A DNA stretch of 64,000 bases. Origin: Polyangiaceae bacterium (GTDB taxonomy: Bacteria; Myxococcota_A; Polyangia; Polyangiales; Polyangiaceae). The notes below the pieces were generated by a model. That model was not told the origin of the DNA, searched no databases, and was given only the letters and a program-made list of their open reading frames with translations. Of this stretch, positions 1 through 8,493 are shown in pieces (within the stretch, counting starts at the first letter, position 1; every line of letters begins with the position of its first letter). Both the position numbers and the translations under genes were made by a program. The stretch lies in NCBI GenBank assembly GCA_046351325.1, contig JAXLYR010000002.1:624334-688333 (forward strand). The letters run 5' to 3'.

Positions 1-948
1 GGCGCGGTACGCGTCGAGCGTCACCGCGATCACGATGATGAGACCGGTGAGGATCTCCTGGATCCAGTTCGCGATGCCCAGGTGGGTCGCGCCGGTCGCG
101 ATGACGGTCATGAGCATCGCGCCGATCAAGCTGCCCGCGATCGAGCCCTGACCCCCGGAGAGCGAGCCGCCGCCGATGACCACGGCGGCGATTACTTTGA
201 GCTCCAAACCAATCGAGTCGGTCGGGTCGCCGACGCTCAAGGTCGCGAGCTCGAGGACGCCCGCGATCCCCGCGAGCAGGCCCGCGAGCGCGTAGACGAG
301 GACGGTGACGCGCGGGATCGAGATGCCTGCGAGGCGCGCAGTGGGCGTGCTCGAGCCGACCGCGACGACGTGCCTGCCGAAGCGCGTGCGCTGGAGCACC
401 ACTGTCGCGACGACCGCGAGCGACGCGGCGATCCAAGCCCCGTAGGGCAGCACGCGCAAGCTACCGCGAGGCACGACGTCCATCAGCGGCTCGATCGCGC
501 GCGTGTCGGCGTCGATCTTCTGCTCGTTCGCGAGCCCTTTGGCGAGCCCGCGCAGGACGCTCATCGTCCCGAGCGTGACGATGAACGGCGTGATGCGGAG
601 CAAGGAGACGAGCGAGCCGTTGAGCGCGCCGGCGATCACTCCCGTCGCGACGCCGATGAGGACCGCGACGATCGGTGACGAGCCCGACTTGAGCGCGCGC
701 GCCGTGACGACGGTGACGAGCGCGACGACGGACCCGACCGAGAGATCGATCCCACCCTCGACGATGACGAGCGTCATGCCGATCGCGGCGAGCGCGACGA
801 CGACCGTGTGTCGCGCCATCATCTCGAGCGCGATCGGCTGGAGGAAGGTCGCGGGCGTGAGCGCCGCGAAGACGAGGTAGACGACGACCAGCGCGAGCAA
901 GGGGCCCGCCCAAGGCTCGGCGAGGATTCGAAGCAGGCGAGCTCTCAC
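1..948 (-). CDS. ABC transporter permease (RbsC/branched sugar type), 3' end truncated by the window edge; not in the ORF track because it runs off the window
   Basis: My translation of the reverse complement of 1..948 is a hydrophobic permease sequence containing ...VIAAVVIGGGSLSGGQGSIAGSLIGAMLMTVIATG..., the conserved ABC-permease EAA-like loop. A GTG start overlaps the TGA stop of the upstream ATPase gene (GTGA at 945-948). Confidence 0.7.
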   Translation of the reverse strand, partial: MRARLLRILAEPWAGPLLALVVVYLVFAALTPATFLQPIALEMMARHTVVVALAAIGMTLVIVEGGIDLSVGSVVALVTVVTARALKSGSSPIVAVLIGVATGVIAGALNGSLVSLLRITPFIVTLGTMSVLRGLAKGLANEQKIDADTRAIEPLMDVVPRGSLRVLPYGAWIAASLAVVATVVLQRTRFGRHVVAVGSSTPTARLAGISIPRVTVLVYALAGLLAGIAGVLELATLSVGDPTDSIGLELKVIAAVVIGGGSLSGGQGSIAGSLIGAMLMTVIATGATHLGIANWIQEILTGLIIVIAVTLDAYRA

Positions 949-2537
949 GACGCGGCTGCTTCCTCGAGCAACGTGTGCTCGTCGAGCCCGCCCGCGTCTC
1001 GCGCCGGGCCGAGCAGGCCGCGGCGCATGATCGCGATGCGATGAGAGACCGCCAAGAGCTCGCTCGCTTGGCTCGAGATCCAGAGCACGGCCTTGCCCGA
1101 TCGAGCGAGCTCGCGCATGAGCTCGTAGATCTGCTCGCGACTGCCGATGTCGATCCCGCGCGTCGGCTCGTCGAGGATGAAGACGTCGACGTCGTGGTGG
1201 AGCAAGCGCGCGAGCGCGACCTTCTGTTGGTTGCCGCCGCTCAGCGAGCTCACCGTCGCGCGCGGCCCACCAGCGCGGATCGCCAGCCGTTCGATGAGCG
1301 AAATCGCAGCTCGATCCTGCGCGGTCGGAGAGAGCAGCCCGAACCGCAGGAAGGGATCGAGGTGGCTCATCGTCGCGTTCTCGGCGACGTCGAGCGCGAG
1401 CGCGAGGCCCTCGTGTTTGCGGTCTTCGCTCGCCATGCCGATCCCCTGCGCGAGGCGCTCGCGCGGCGACGTGGCACCCTCGAAGTGCCGAACCCGGATG
1501 CTACCGCTTACAACTTTGTCAAGTCCGAAGACGGCGCGCGCGAGCTCTGTCCGGCCCGAGCCGTTGAGGCCCGCGATCCCGAGGATTTCACCTCGGTGCA
1601 GCGTGAGGGACGCCCCACGCGGGAGTCGCAGTCCGCGGAGATCCTTCACCTCGAGGAGGACCTCGGCGTCGGGCGCTGCCGAATCGGGGGGGCGCGGAGC
1701 GCATGGGGGGCGGATTGAGCCCCCCGACGAATCGATTCGCTCGCCAGGAGCTTCGCGCGCGGATTGGTTTGCGCTGCCGAGGAGGAGCGTCGCGAGCTCG
1801 CGGATCGAGAGCGCCGCCATGGGCCCCTCGTGGACGGTCTCGCCGCCGCGCAGGATGGTGCACGCGTCCGCGACCTTGCGGATCTCCTCGAGCTGGTGCG
1901 ACACGTAGAGGACGACGTCGCGTCGCGCGCCGGTGGCCAGCGCGCGCACCGCTCGGAGGACGTGCTCGGCCTCCGCGGCTGCGAGGCTGCTCGTCGGCTC
2001 GTCGAGGATCACGACCCGCGTCGCGGCGAGTCCCGCGGTGGTCTCGGCGCGAAAGAGCGCCCGCGCGATGCAGACGATCTGTCGCTCGGCAGGAGTGAGC
2101 GTCGAAGCGGGACGCCTCACGTCGATGTCGAGGCCGAGCGGCTCGAGCGCAGCGCGCGCGAGCTCGTCCCGCGCTCTCACGCGCACGAGCCCGAAGCGCC
2201 CTCGCGGCTCAGCACCGAGCACGATGTTCTCGGCCACGTTGAGCGCGTCGGCGAGCGCGGGCTCCTGCGGTACGAACGCGACGCCGGCGCGCGAGGCCTC
2301 CGCCGCGCTCCTCGGTCGGTACGTGCGCCCCGCGAGGCTCATCGTCCCCGCGTCCGGCGCGAGGAGACCCGCGACGATCGAGAGGAGCGTGCTCTTGCCC
2401 GCTCCGTTTTCACCGAGCAGCGCGTGCACGGCTCCCGGCGCGGCGTGGAGCCGCGCGCCGCAGAGCGCCTGCGTCCCGCCGAAGCGCTTGTCGATGTCGC
2501 GGAGCGCGAGCCCGTCGAGCGCCGAGGGTTCGGTCAT
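945..2537 (-). CDS. sugar ABC transporter ATP-binding protein with two fused ATPase domains (RbsA/MglA-like)
   Basis: Two Walker A motifs (GENGAGKSTLL and GLNGSGRTEL) and two ABC signature motifs (LSGGNQQKV). Overlaps the flanking genes by 4 nt on each side. Confidence 0.9.
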   Translation of the reverse strand: MTEPSALDGLALRDIDKRFGGTQALCGARLHAAPGAVHALLGENGAGKSTLLSIVAGLLAPDAGTMSLAGRTYRPRSAAEASRAGVAFVPQEPALADALNVAENIVLGAEPRGRFGLVRVRARDELARAALEPLGLDIDVRRPASTLTPAERQIVCIARALFRAETTAGLAATRVVILDEPTSSLAAAEAEHVLRAVRALATGARRDVVLYVSHQLEEIRKVADACTILRGGETVHEGPMAALSIRELATLLLGSANQSAREAPGERIDSSGGSIRPPCAPRPPDSAAPDAEVLLEVKDLRGLRLPRGASLTLHRGEILGIAGLNGSGRTELARAVFGLDKVVSGSIRVRHFEGATSPRERLAQGIGMASEDRKHEGLALALDVAENATMSHLDPFLRFGLLSPTAQDRAAISLIERLAIRAGGPRATVSSLSGGNQQKVALARLLHHDVDVFILDEPTRGIDIGSREQIYELMRELARSGKAVLWISSQASELLAVSHRIAIMRRGLLGPARDAGGLDEHTLLEEAAAS

Positions 2538-3499
2538 TCGCCGAGGTAAGTCTTCAGATCGGGGTGGAGGAGCTCGGCGATCGCAGCGTCCTCCATGTTC
2601 GCCTTTTCGACGACGCGCGCGCCCGTGTCGATGACCTTCTCGACCGACTCTTTCTTCAAATGCGACGCGAGCGTCTTCACCGCGAGGTAGCCCATGTTCA
2701 TGGGGTTTTGCACGACGAGCGCGTCGACTCGGCCCTCACCGAGCGCGGCGACGAGCTTCTCCGAGGCGTCGAAGCCGACGAGCTTGGCCTTGCCCGCGAG
2801 GCTCGATTTCTCGAGCGCGCGCAGCATGCCGAACGTCGTCGACTCGTTCGGACAGAAGACGCCGGCCACGCCGCTCGCGATCGAGCTCGAGAGGAGCGCC
2901 TCGCTCGCCGACATCGCGCTCTCGGTCGTAGCGCCGCCGTATTGGTTGTCGCTCACGACCTTCACGTCGGGTGCGGCCTTCACCGCCTCGAGGAAGCCCT
3001 GCTCGCGCTGCGCGGTGCTCGCCGAGCCCTCGAGGTAGCGCAGCAGGATGACCGAGCCCTTGCCGCCGATCGACTTCACGAGCCGCTCACCCGCGAGCTT
3101 GCCGGCCGCGACGTTGTCGGTCGCGACGTAGCTCACGAAGTCATCGCCCTGGAGCGCCGAGTCGAAGACGACGACGGGGATGCCCGCGTTCTTTGCGGCC
3201 TTCACCGGCTGGACCAGGCCCTTGTCGTTGAGCGGCGCGAGCACGATGCCGCTCACGCCCTGCGAGACGAAGCTCTCGACGATCCCGATCTGCTCCTTGA
3301 GATCGTCCTCTTTCTGCGGGCCTTTGAAGACGATCTCGACGCCGAGCTCGCGCGAGGCCTTCACCGCGCCCGCGTGGACGGTCTTCCAAAACTCGTGCGT
3401 CGTGCCCTTCGGGATCACGGCGATCTTGGTCTTCTTGTCGCCGCCGCACGCCCACGTGCTCGCGAGCGCCGCGAGCGTAAGCACCTGTCGCCGCTTCAT
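2534..3499 (-). CDS. periplasmic sugar-binding lipoprotein (PBP type I, RbsB-like) of the ABC transporter
   Basis: Signal peptide plus lipobox (LASTWACGGD), typical periplasmic sugar-binding-protein fold signature (GIVLAP, VVVFDS). Forms an ATGA overlap with the ATPase gene. Confidence 0.85.
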   Translation of the reverse strand: MKRRQVLTLAALASTWACGGDKKTKIAVIPKGTTHEFWKTVHAGAVKASRELGVEIVFKGPQKEDDLKEQIGIVESFVSQGVSGIVLAPLNDKGLVQPVKAAKNAGIPVVVFDSALQGDDFVSYVATDNVAAGKLAGERLVKSIGGKGSVILLRYLEGSASTAQREQGFLEAVKAAPDVKVVSDNQYGGATTESAMSASEALLSSSIASGVAGVFCPNESTTFGMLRALEKSSLAGKAKLVGFDASEKLVAALGEGRVDALVVQNPMNMGYLAVKTLASHLKKESVEKVIDTGARVVEKANMEDAAIAELLHPDLKTYLGE

Positions 3500-3508
3500 G
3501 GATCCCTC

Positions 3509-4996
3509 TTATTTCCCGCCGAAGCTCGGGCCGATGAAGATACCGCCGCCGCCCCCGTCGCCGTCGCAGTCGAGGACGAAGAAGAGGACGAGGAGGGCGA
3601 TGACAGCCAGCACCGTGATCAACGTGCGGCTGACCCCCGACGAAGAGGTTCCGCCCCCGGGCGTGGAGAACATCGCGGGGCTCGGTGGCGGCGCGATGTT
3701 GAAAGATCGCCCGAGCTCGGCGGCCGACAGCGGCCAGCAGAACGACGCGTTGGTCTCGTTCTGATCCGACTCGACGCTGAGGATGCCGTCGGGCCCTTTG
3801 TACTCGGTCGCCTGGACCTCCTCGCCGACCTGGACCTTCCAATAGAGCTCACCGACGACGTACTCGACGCGCGCACGGACGCTCTGTTTGAAGGTGTATC
3901 GCTTTCCTTGATACGTGTAAAAGCTACCCATCTGCTGGGCCTCGCCGGGAGGGACAGGCCCGGCGAGCTGCCAGTGGCCGTCCTCTTCGGTCAGCCACAC
4001 GTAGCCGTCGCGTGGGCCCGCGTAGCAGAGGTACTCGCGCCAGGCGTAGTGCTCGCCCTCGACCCACGTGCCGCGCACGAGGAACGCGATGCAGATGACG
4101 CGACGGCCGCGGAGCGTTCCCTCTGCGCCGAGCGGGATGAACGGCGTCACTGGCGGGCGAGGCGCCTGACCCAAAGCGGACAGCGCACCCGACTTGGCGA
4201 CGTCGCTGATCGTCCCGCAATACCGGCACACGAGCCGCTCGGTTGTCCCGGGCGCGACGAGAGGCAGGCTGCCGCCGCAACCCGGGCAAGAGCAGGCCTC
4301 GACCTTGGCTTGCGGTGCTTCGACCGACTGCCCCGAGTCGAGGCGCAGCGTCGTCGGGTCGAACTGCTGGCCGACGTACAGCGTGGGGGGCACCGATTGG
4401 CCGTCGCCGAAATCGATCGTGCCGAAGACCCCGCCAGGGCCTCCGAAGTCTGCGTAGGGCGTGACCGCGCCGGGGACTGCGACGTTCGGCAGCTCACCCT
4501 CGGCGGAGACGACGCGTCGCCGTCCGACCTCGGCGATCGTCACTTGGCCGACGTTCGGCAGACCGATGACCTGGCCAGGACGGAGCGCGCCGAACGCAGG
4601 GAGCGGCAGCGCCTGTCCCGCGGGCGCGACGACCTCGCGCGTGAAGTACCAGCGGCCCTGCGCGAACGCGACCCAGAAGCCCTCACCGGTCGCTGGGATG
4701 CCGACGTAGAACTCCTGCCAGGGCGCGCTCGCGGCGCCGACGCGGTCGAGCTGCACTCGACCCTCGACCTCGAAGCGGCGATTGCCCCATTGCCCCATCA
4801 CCCCGAGCGCGAGGGGCGAGGGGATCTCCACCAAATCCGCGACGCGTCCGACGGCCGCGAAGCCGCGATCGGTGCGCGCCACCAGGAATTTGCAGAACTT
4901 GCAAACCTGGGCCCGCGCACCCGCGAACTTGAACGTCATCGGGCCCCCGCAATTGGGGCATTCGGCCTTACGGTCGAACGGCGATGACCCTGTCAC
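3509..4996 (-). CDS. DUF4178-like protein with two zinc-ribbon (CxxC..CxxC) motifs and a C-terminal TM anchor
   Basis: Zinc ribbons CPNCGG..CKFCKF and CPGCGG..CRYCG. Repeated W(R)EY(L)..GY.WLTEEDGHW motif that I recognise as DUF4178. Hydrophobic C-terminus ITVLAVIALLVLFFVL. Its stop lies 9 nt upstream of the substrate-binding-protein start, so it is probably co-transcribed with the ABC operon. Confidence 0.6.
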   Translation of the reverse strand: MTGSSPFDRKAECPNCGGPMTFKFAGARAQVCKFCKFLVARTDRGFAAVGRVADLVEIPSPLALGVMGQWGNRRFEVEGRVQLDRVGAASAPWQEFYVGIPATGEGFWVAFAQGRWYFTREVVAPAGQALPLPAFGALRPGQVIGLPNVGQVTIAEVGRRRVVSAEGELPNVAVPGAVTPYADFGGPGGVFGTIDFGDGQSVPPTLYVGQQFDPTTLRLDSGQSVEAPQAKVEACSCPGCGGSLPLVAPGTTERLVCRYCGTISDVAKSGALSALGQAPRPPVTPFIPLGAEGTLRGRRVICIAFLVRGTWVEGEHYAWREYLCYAGPRDGYVWLTEEDGHWQLAGPVPPGEAQQMGSFYTYQGKRYTFKQSVRARVEYVVGELYWKVQVGEEVQATEYKGPDGILSVESDQNETNASFCWPLSAAELGRSFNIAPPPSPAMFSTPGGGTSSSGVSRTLITVLAVIALLVLFFVLDCDGDGGGGGIFIGPSFGGK

Positions 4997-5066
4997 GCGC
5001 GGATCCTACACCGACGCGGTCCCTCGTCGAGTTCGACGTTGCGAGCAGGACCGCCGGGGCTGTGAC

Positions 5067-6602
5067 TCAGCCAGGCAGAGGCGCGCCGCAGTCGTATCGG
5101 CAGGAGCCGTCGTTGCACCAATTGAAGGGGTAGAAGCACTCGAAGCACTGGCCCAAAGGCGCGCAGAGCGGGCCGCATTGATACTCGTTGACGTCGCAAG
5201 CAGGGTGGCAATCCCAAGCTGGCGTGCAGGTCCCCTCGGGGCCGCATTTGACGTTGGGGTCGATGCAGGGGACGCCGCGATATTGATCGAGCTCCGGCAA
5301 GAGGTCATTCGTGCGCTTTTCGTACCAATCACGGATTTGCTGGTAACGGTCCTCATCGCCATTCCGCAGCATGCCCGCTTGGGTGAGTCGATCGTAGACA
5401 GAGTCGACCAGCGCGACGGGGTCGAGCGCGTTGAAGTCGGCGATCGTTGCCTCGCAGGTCGCGATCGTCTCGGCCCAACAATCGGGGTCGGACTGGCAGC
5501 CGTTGCTCACCGAGTTTGACCCGTAGAGTGGCGTGTATTGATACCACTCTTGGCCGGCGCTGATGTCGATCGAGTAAGGCAGATACATGAACTTGCCGTC
5601 CTCGCGCTCGAGCAAGACGACATTGTTCTGATTGTGGAGCGCGTCGTCGCCAGTCCAGAGCATCCACGACAGACACTGGAACTTCTGGATTGAGGGCCAA
5701 TCCAGGTAATCGGCAGTAGCGGCCTCGAAGCCCGGGCCGGCCGGCGTGTTTTGGAGGATCTGCGCGAGCTCCGAGGCGCGCGTGCCGTCACACGCTGCGA
5801 GCCTGCAGTTCTCCTGCGAATTGAAATCCGTAAAGGGGATGTCGCCGACGAACTCGAAGAGGTTGGGGCAGCTGCCGCCGAGCTGGTCGAGGCGCGCATC
5901 GCAGAAGTCCTTCTTGTAGACCTCCGTCACCGTGTAAGGGATTTGGACGTCCTCACCCCAGACGTTGCTGCCTACCCAAGCATAGGACGCGAGCGGCGCC
6001 GGATAGCCGAGTCCGCGATAGACCTCGAGCGCGATGAGCTCGCGGAAGATCGAACCGACGAGGCCGTTGTTGAAGCGGAAGTGCTCGTAGCCGCCGACGA
6101 GGCCGCCGTCGAACTCGTTTGCGTCGACGCGGAGGTTGGGGATCGAGTCCGCGGTCCAAGGGCGCCACGTCGATTGGCCGATCACGCGAACCTCGACCTG
6201 GCCGTAGTCAGCAGTGGAAGGCTCGTTGCCGCTGGTCGTCACGAACAGGTGATTCGCGTAGGTCGCGTTGCTCTCGCCCGAGCCCCCGGGTTGGTAGATG
6301 TCGCCGTTGGGGAACGGGCCGCCGCCCTGCTGCTCATTCATCTTGGCGACCTCGTCCGGATCGGTCGCAAACCAGAACCGATTGCCGTCCACGCCGAAGA
6401 GGTCGACCGTCTGCTCGCTCGGCTGCATGTTGGGCTTGGGCGCGCCGTCAAGGGTCGGGTCCTCACCCCCGGAGCCGGAGCCGCTGCCGCCGCTGCCGCC
6501 GCCACCATCTTCAGGCGGAGGAGGCGTGATGTACGTGTTGTACGTGTTGCACGCGGTCGCAAGGAGAGCAGCAAAAGCAAGAGATCGTTGTCGACGGATC
6601 AT
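5067..6602 (-). CDS. secreted Cys-rich lipoprotein, possibly CotH-like (uncertain)
   Basis: Signal peptide plus lipobox (LLATAC), a Gly/Ser-rich linker and a Cys-rich C-terminal module. The central region (NQNNVVLLEREDGKFMYLPYSIDIS) loosely resembles CotH kinase-family motifs. Confidence 0.55.
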   Translation of the reverse strand: MIRRQRSLAFAALLATACNTYNTYITPPPPEDGGGGSGGSGSGSGGEDPTLDGAPKPNMQPSEQTVDLFGVDGNRFWFATDPDEVAKMNEQQGGGPFPNGDIYQPGGSGESNATYANHLFVTTSGNEPSTADYGQVEVRVIGQSTWRPWTADSIPNLRVDANEFDGGLVGGYEHFRFNNGLVGSIFRELIALEVYRGLGYPAPLASYAWVGSNVWGEDVQIPYTVTEVYKKDFCDARLDQLGGSCPNLFEFVGDIPFTDFNSQENCRLAACDGTRASELAQILQNTPAGPGFEAATADYLDWPSIQKFQCLSWMLWTGDDALHNQNNVVLLEREDGKFMYLPYSIDISAGQEWYQYTPLYGSNSVSNGCQSDPDCWAETIATCEATIADFNALDPVALVDSVYDRLTQAGMLRNGDEDRYQQIRDWYEKRTNDLLPELDQYRGVPCIDPNVKCGPEGTCTPAWDCHPACDVNEYQCGPLCAPLGQCFECFYPFNWCNDGSCRYDCGAPLPG

Positions 6603-6642
6603 CCGCTTCGCCTAGCGCAGATATGACCCCGACGCACGGCTC

Positions 6643-6679
6643 GGCGAATGGTTTTTGTTGGAGGCTAAAACCATTCGCC
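6643..6679. other. perfect 13-bp stem-loop (ggcgaatggtttt / aaaaccattcgcc) with an 11-nt loop, lying between the usp gene's 3' end and the lipoprotein gene's start
   Basis: Inverted repeat read directly from the sequence. No U-tract follows on either strand. On the minus-strand RNA the loop reads agCCUCCaaca. Confidence 0.4.
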
Positions 6680-6794
6680 CAGCGCTCTCGCCCGGCCGCG
6701 GATCAAGCGAGATCAAGCGAGATCAACTTGGGCTCGCGCTCGCTCGCCCAACAGGGGGACTCGTTCCCCTCGCTGAGTTACGGGGTTGTAATCG

Positions 6795-7703
6795 CTAGCG
6801 AGGTCTCTCTGGGCGCGCGTCGAGCACGCTCGTCGAGGCCTCGCGGGCGAGTCGCTCAGCGACGCTGCCGAGCACCCAGCGCGCGGGCGCGGGCAGTCGG
6901 CGGGTGCCGGTGACGATCAGCGAGGCTTTGTTGGTGCTGGCTGCGGCGAGGATCACGTCGGCGGGCGAGCCGGCGTCGACGCTCGCGCGGCCCTCCAAGG
7001 ACGCCGCCGCCATCGAGGCCTCGAGCGCACCGACGGCCGCGGCCTTCACCGCGCGCTGCTCGTCTCCGCTGTGCGTGGTCGGGACGACCCCCGAGAAGAC
7101 TGCCGTCGCGAGCGCCGCGGCGTCGCTCAACCCGAGCTCGGTCGCGTGCGTCGCGACCACGGGCTCACCGAGCAGCTTGCTCCATCGACTCGCCGTCTCG
7201 AGCACCTCCGACGTCGAGGCCGCCAGATCACACGCGGCGATGATCGGGCCCTCGACGCCCTCACGAGCGACGAGGACGTCGCACGGAGCGCTGCGGATGA
7301 GGGACAGGGCGACGCTGCCGAGCAGCGCCCGCGCGAGGAGCGAATGGGGTCGAGCCCCGACGATCAAGAGATCGGCGCCCCAAGCCTCTGCGCGCCCGAT
7401 GATCGCGTCGGTCGCGTCCCCCATCTCGATGAAGCCGGTGAACGCGTGGCGCTCGCGACCCGTGGCTGCGTGCACGCGCTCCTCGACCAGGGCGCGGCGG
7501 TGATCGAGCTCCTTGCGATCTTCGGCGCGCGTATCGAACGACGCCGCGTCCTCGAGCGAGCCCGGCGTCACCACACTCACCACCCCGAGCGCCGCGTGTG
7601 CTGCGCGGGCCACGCGGTCACCGAACGCGAGCGCCACGTCGCCCGCGTGGTCGAGTTCGGTAGCTACGAGGACGTGACGGTAGACAGCGGTCGACTCGGT
7701 CAT
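6795..7703 (-). CDS. universal stress protein with tandem UspA domains
   Basis: Two Usp-like halves (HVLVATELD... and PIIAACDLAASTSEV...). Length is typical of tandem-Usp proteins. Confidence 0.8.
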   Translation of the reverse strand: MTESTAVYRHVLVATELDHAGDVALAFGDRVARAAHAALGVVSVVTPGSLEDAASFDTRAEDRKELDHRRALVEERVHAATGRERHAFTGFIEMGDATDAIIGRAEAWGADLLIVGARPHSLLARALLGSVALSLIRSAPCDVLVAREGVEGPIIAACDLAASTSEVLETASRWSKLLGEPVVATHATELGLSDAAALATAVFSGVVPTTHSGDEQRAVKAAAVGALEASMAAASLEGRASVDAGSPADVILAAASTNKASLIVTGTRRLPAPARWVLGSVAERLAREASTSVLDARPERPR

Positions 7704-7742
7704 GGTGGTCTCCTCAGCCGCTCTTGCGAGGGCTCAGTCTAC

Positions 7743-8222
7743 TTACTTGGCGTTCGGCGTGCGAATGGGGACCTTCTTCGGTTGGAGGTCCGCCCGACGC
7801 TGCACATGGAGCGTCAGCACACCGTCCTTCAATTCGGCGTGAATGCCCGACAGATCCGCGTCCGGGGGCATCGTGAAAGAACGCGCGAACGAGCCGAAGG
7901 AGCGCTCGAACGTGTAATAGGTATCCGAACGCTCTTGCTTCTCGGCCTCACGCTTGCCCGATATGGTCAGGCGATTACCCGTTACCGTGATTTCGACGTC
8001 GCTCTCTTTGACGCCAGGGACGTCCGCTTTGAAGACGTAACCCTCCTTCGACTCTTTGACCTCGAAGGCTGGTGAGAATGTCGACTCTCCGCGCGCGAGC
8101 GGCGCCATCTCCTTGAACGGGTCCCATCCGAAGAACTGGCGCATCATCCGTGTCGGGTCCCACTCGTAGTTCGGGGTTGCGCGCGCAGGCTGCTCTTCCT
8201 TTTTGACTTGAATGCCTGACAT
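7743..8222 (-). CDS. Hsp20/alpha-crystallin family small heat shock protein
   Basis: Alpha-crystallin domain (FEVKESKEGYVFKADVPGVKESDVEITV...AELKDGVLTLHV). The start was moved to the internal ATG (MSGIQV) at 8222, which has an upstream GGAGAAGG RBS. The track ORF 7743..8342 carries an unlikely 40-aa Arg-rich extension. Confidence 0.85.
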   Translation of the reverse strand: MSGIQVKKEEQPARATPNYEWDPTRMMRQFFGWDPFKEMAPLARGESTFSPAFEVKESKEGYVFKADVPGVKESDVEITVTGNRLTISGKREAEKQERSDTYYTFERSFGSFARSFTMPPDADLSGIHAELKDGVLTLHVQRRADLQPKKVPIRTPNAK

Positions 8223-8493
8223 AGGTCCTTCTCCGAGGTATCGAGCCGGTCGAACCTGACGGAGATCTCGCTGCCGCGGGACTCGCGACCGAGCGACCGG
8301 CGCATTGAATCCCGAACGGGCCGAGGCCCGTTCAAACTGCATGTCAATGGCAAGACCCCTGTTGCGCCGTCCTACTCACATTCTTATCGAGGCCGACGCA
8401 CGGACCTGGGTCGATTGATAGCTAGCAATCCAAAGGCCAGACTCCATGGCTGGACTGGCGGACTGGAAGCGGACATCTCTCGAAGGTCTCCAA

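Noticed and set aside
2564-4987. 807-aa plus-strand ORF, and many similar long Arg/Asp/Ala-rich ORFs, for example 55343..57697 minus, 60027..61769 plus and 40228..42501 minus
   Set aside because: They lie antisense to, or frame-shifted relative to, genes with clear motifs. Their composition (R, A, D, G runs) is the classic signature of non-coding frames in roughly 70% GC DNA.
7743-8342. Longer Hsp20 ORF with a 40-aa N-terminal extension
   Set aside because: The extension is Arg-rich, and the internal ATG at 8222 has a good RBS and yields a canonical roughly 160-aa small heat-shock protein.
8343-8400. Sigma-54-like TGGCA..TTGC pair near the hsp20 upstream region
   Set aside because: The spacing between GG and GC is 15 rather than 12 nt, and the orientation points away from hsp20.
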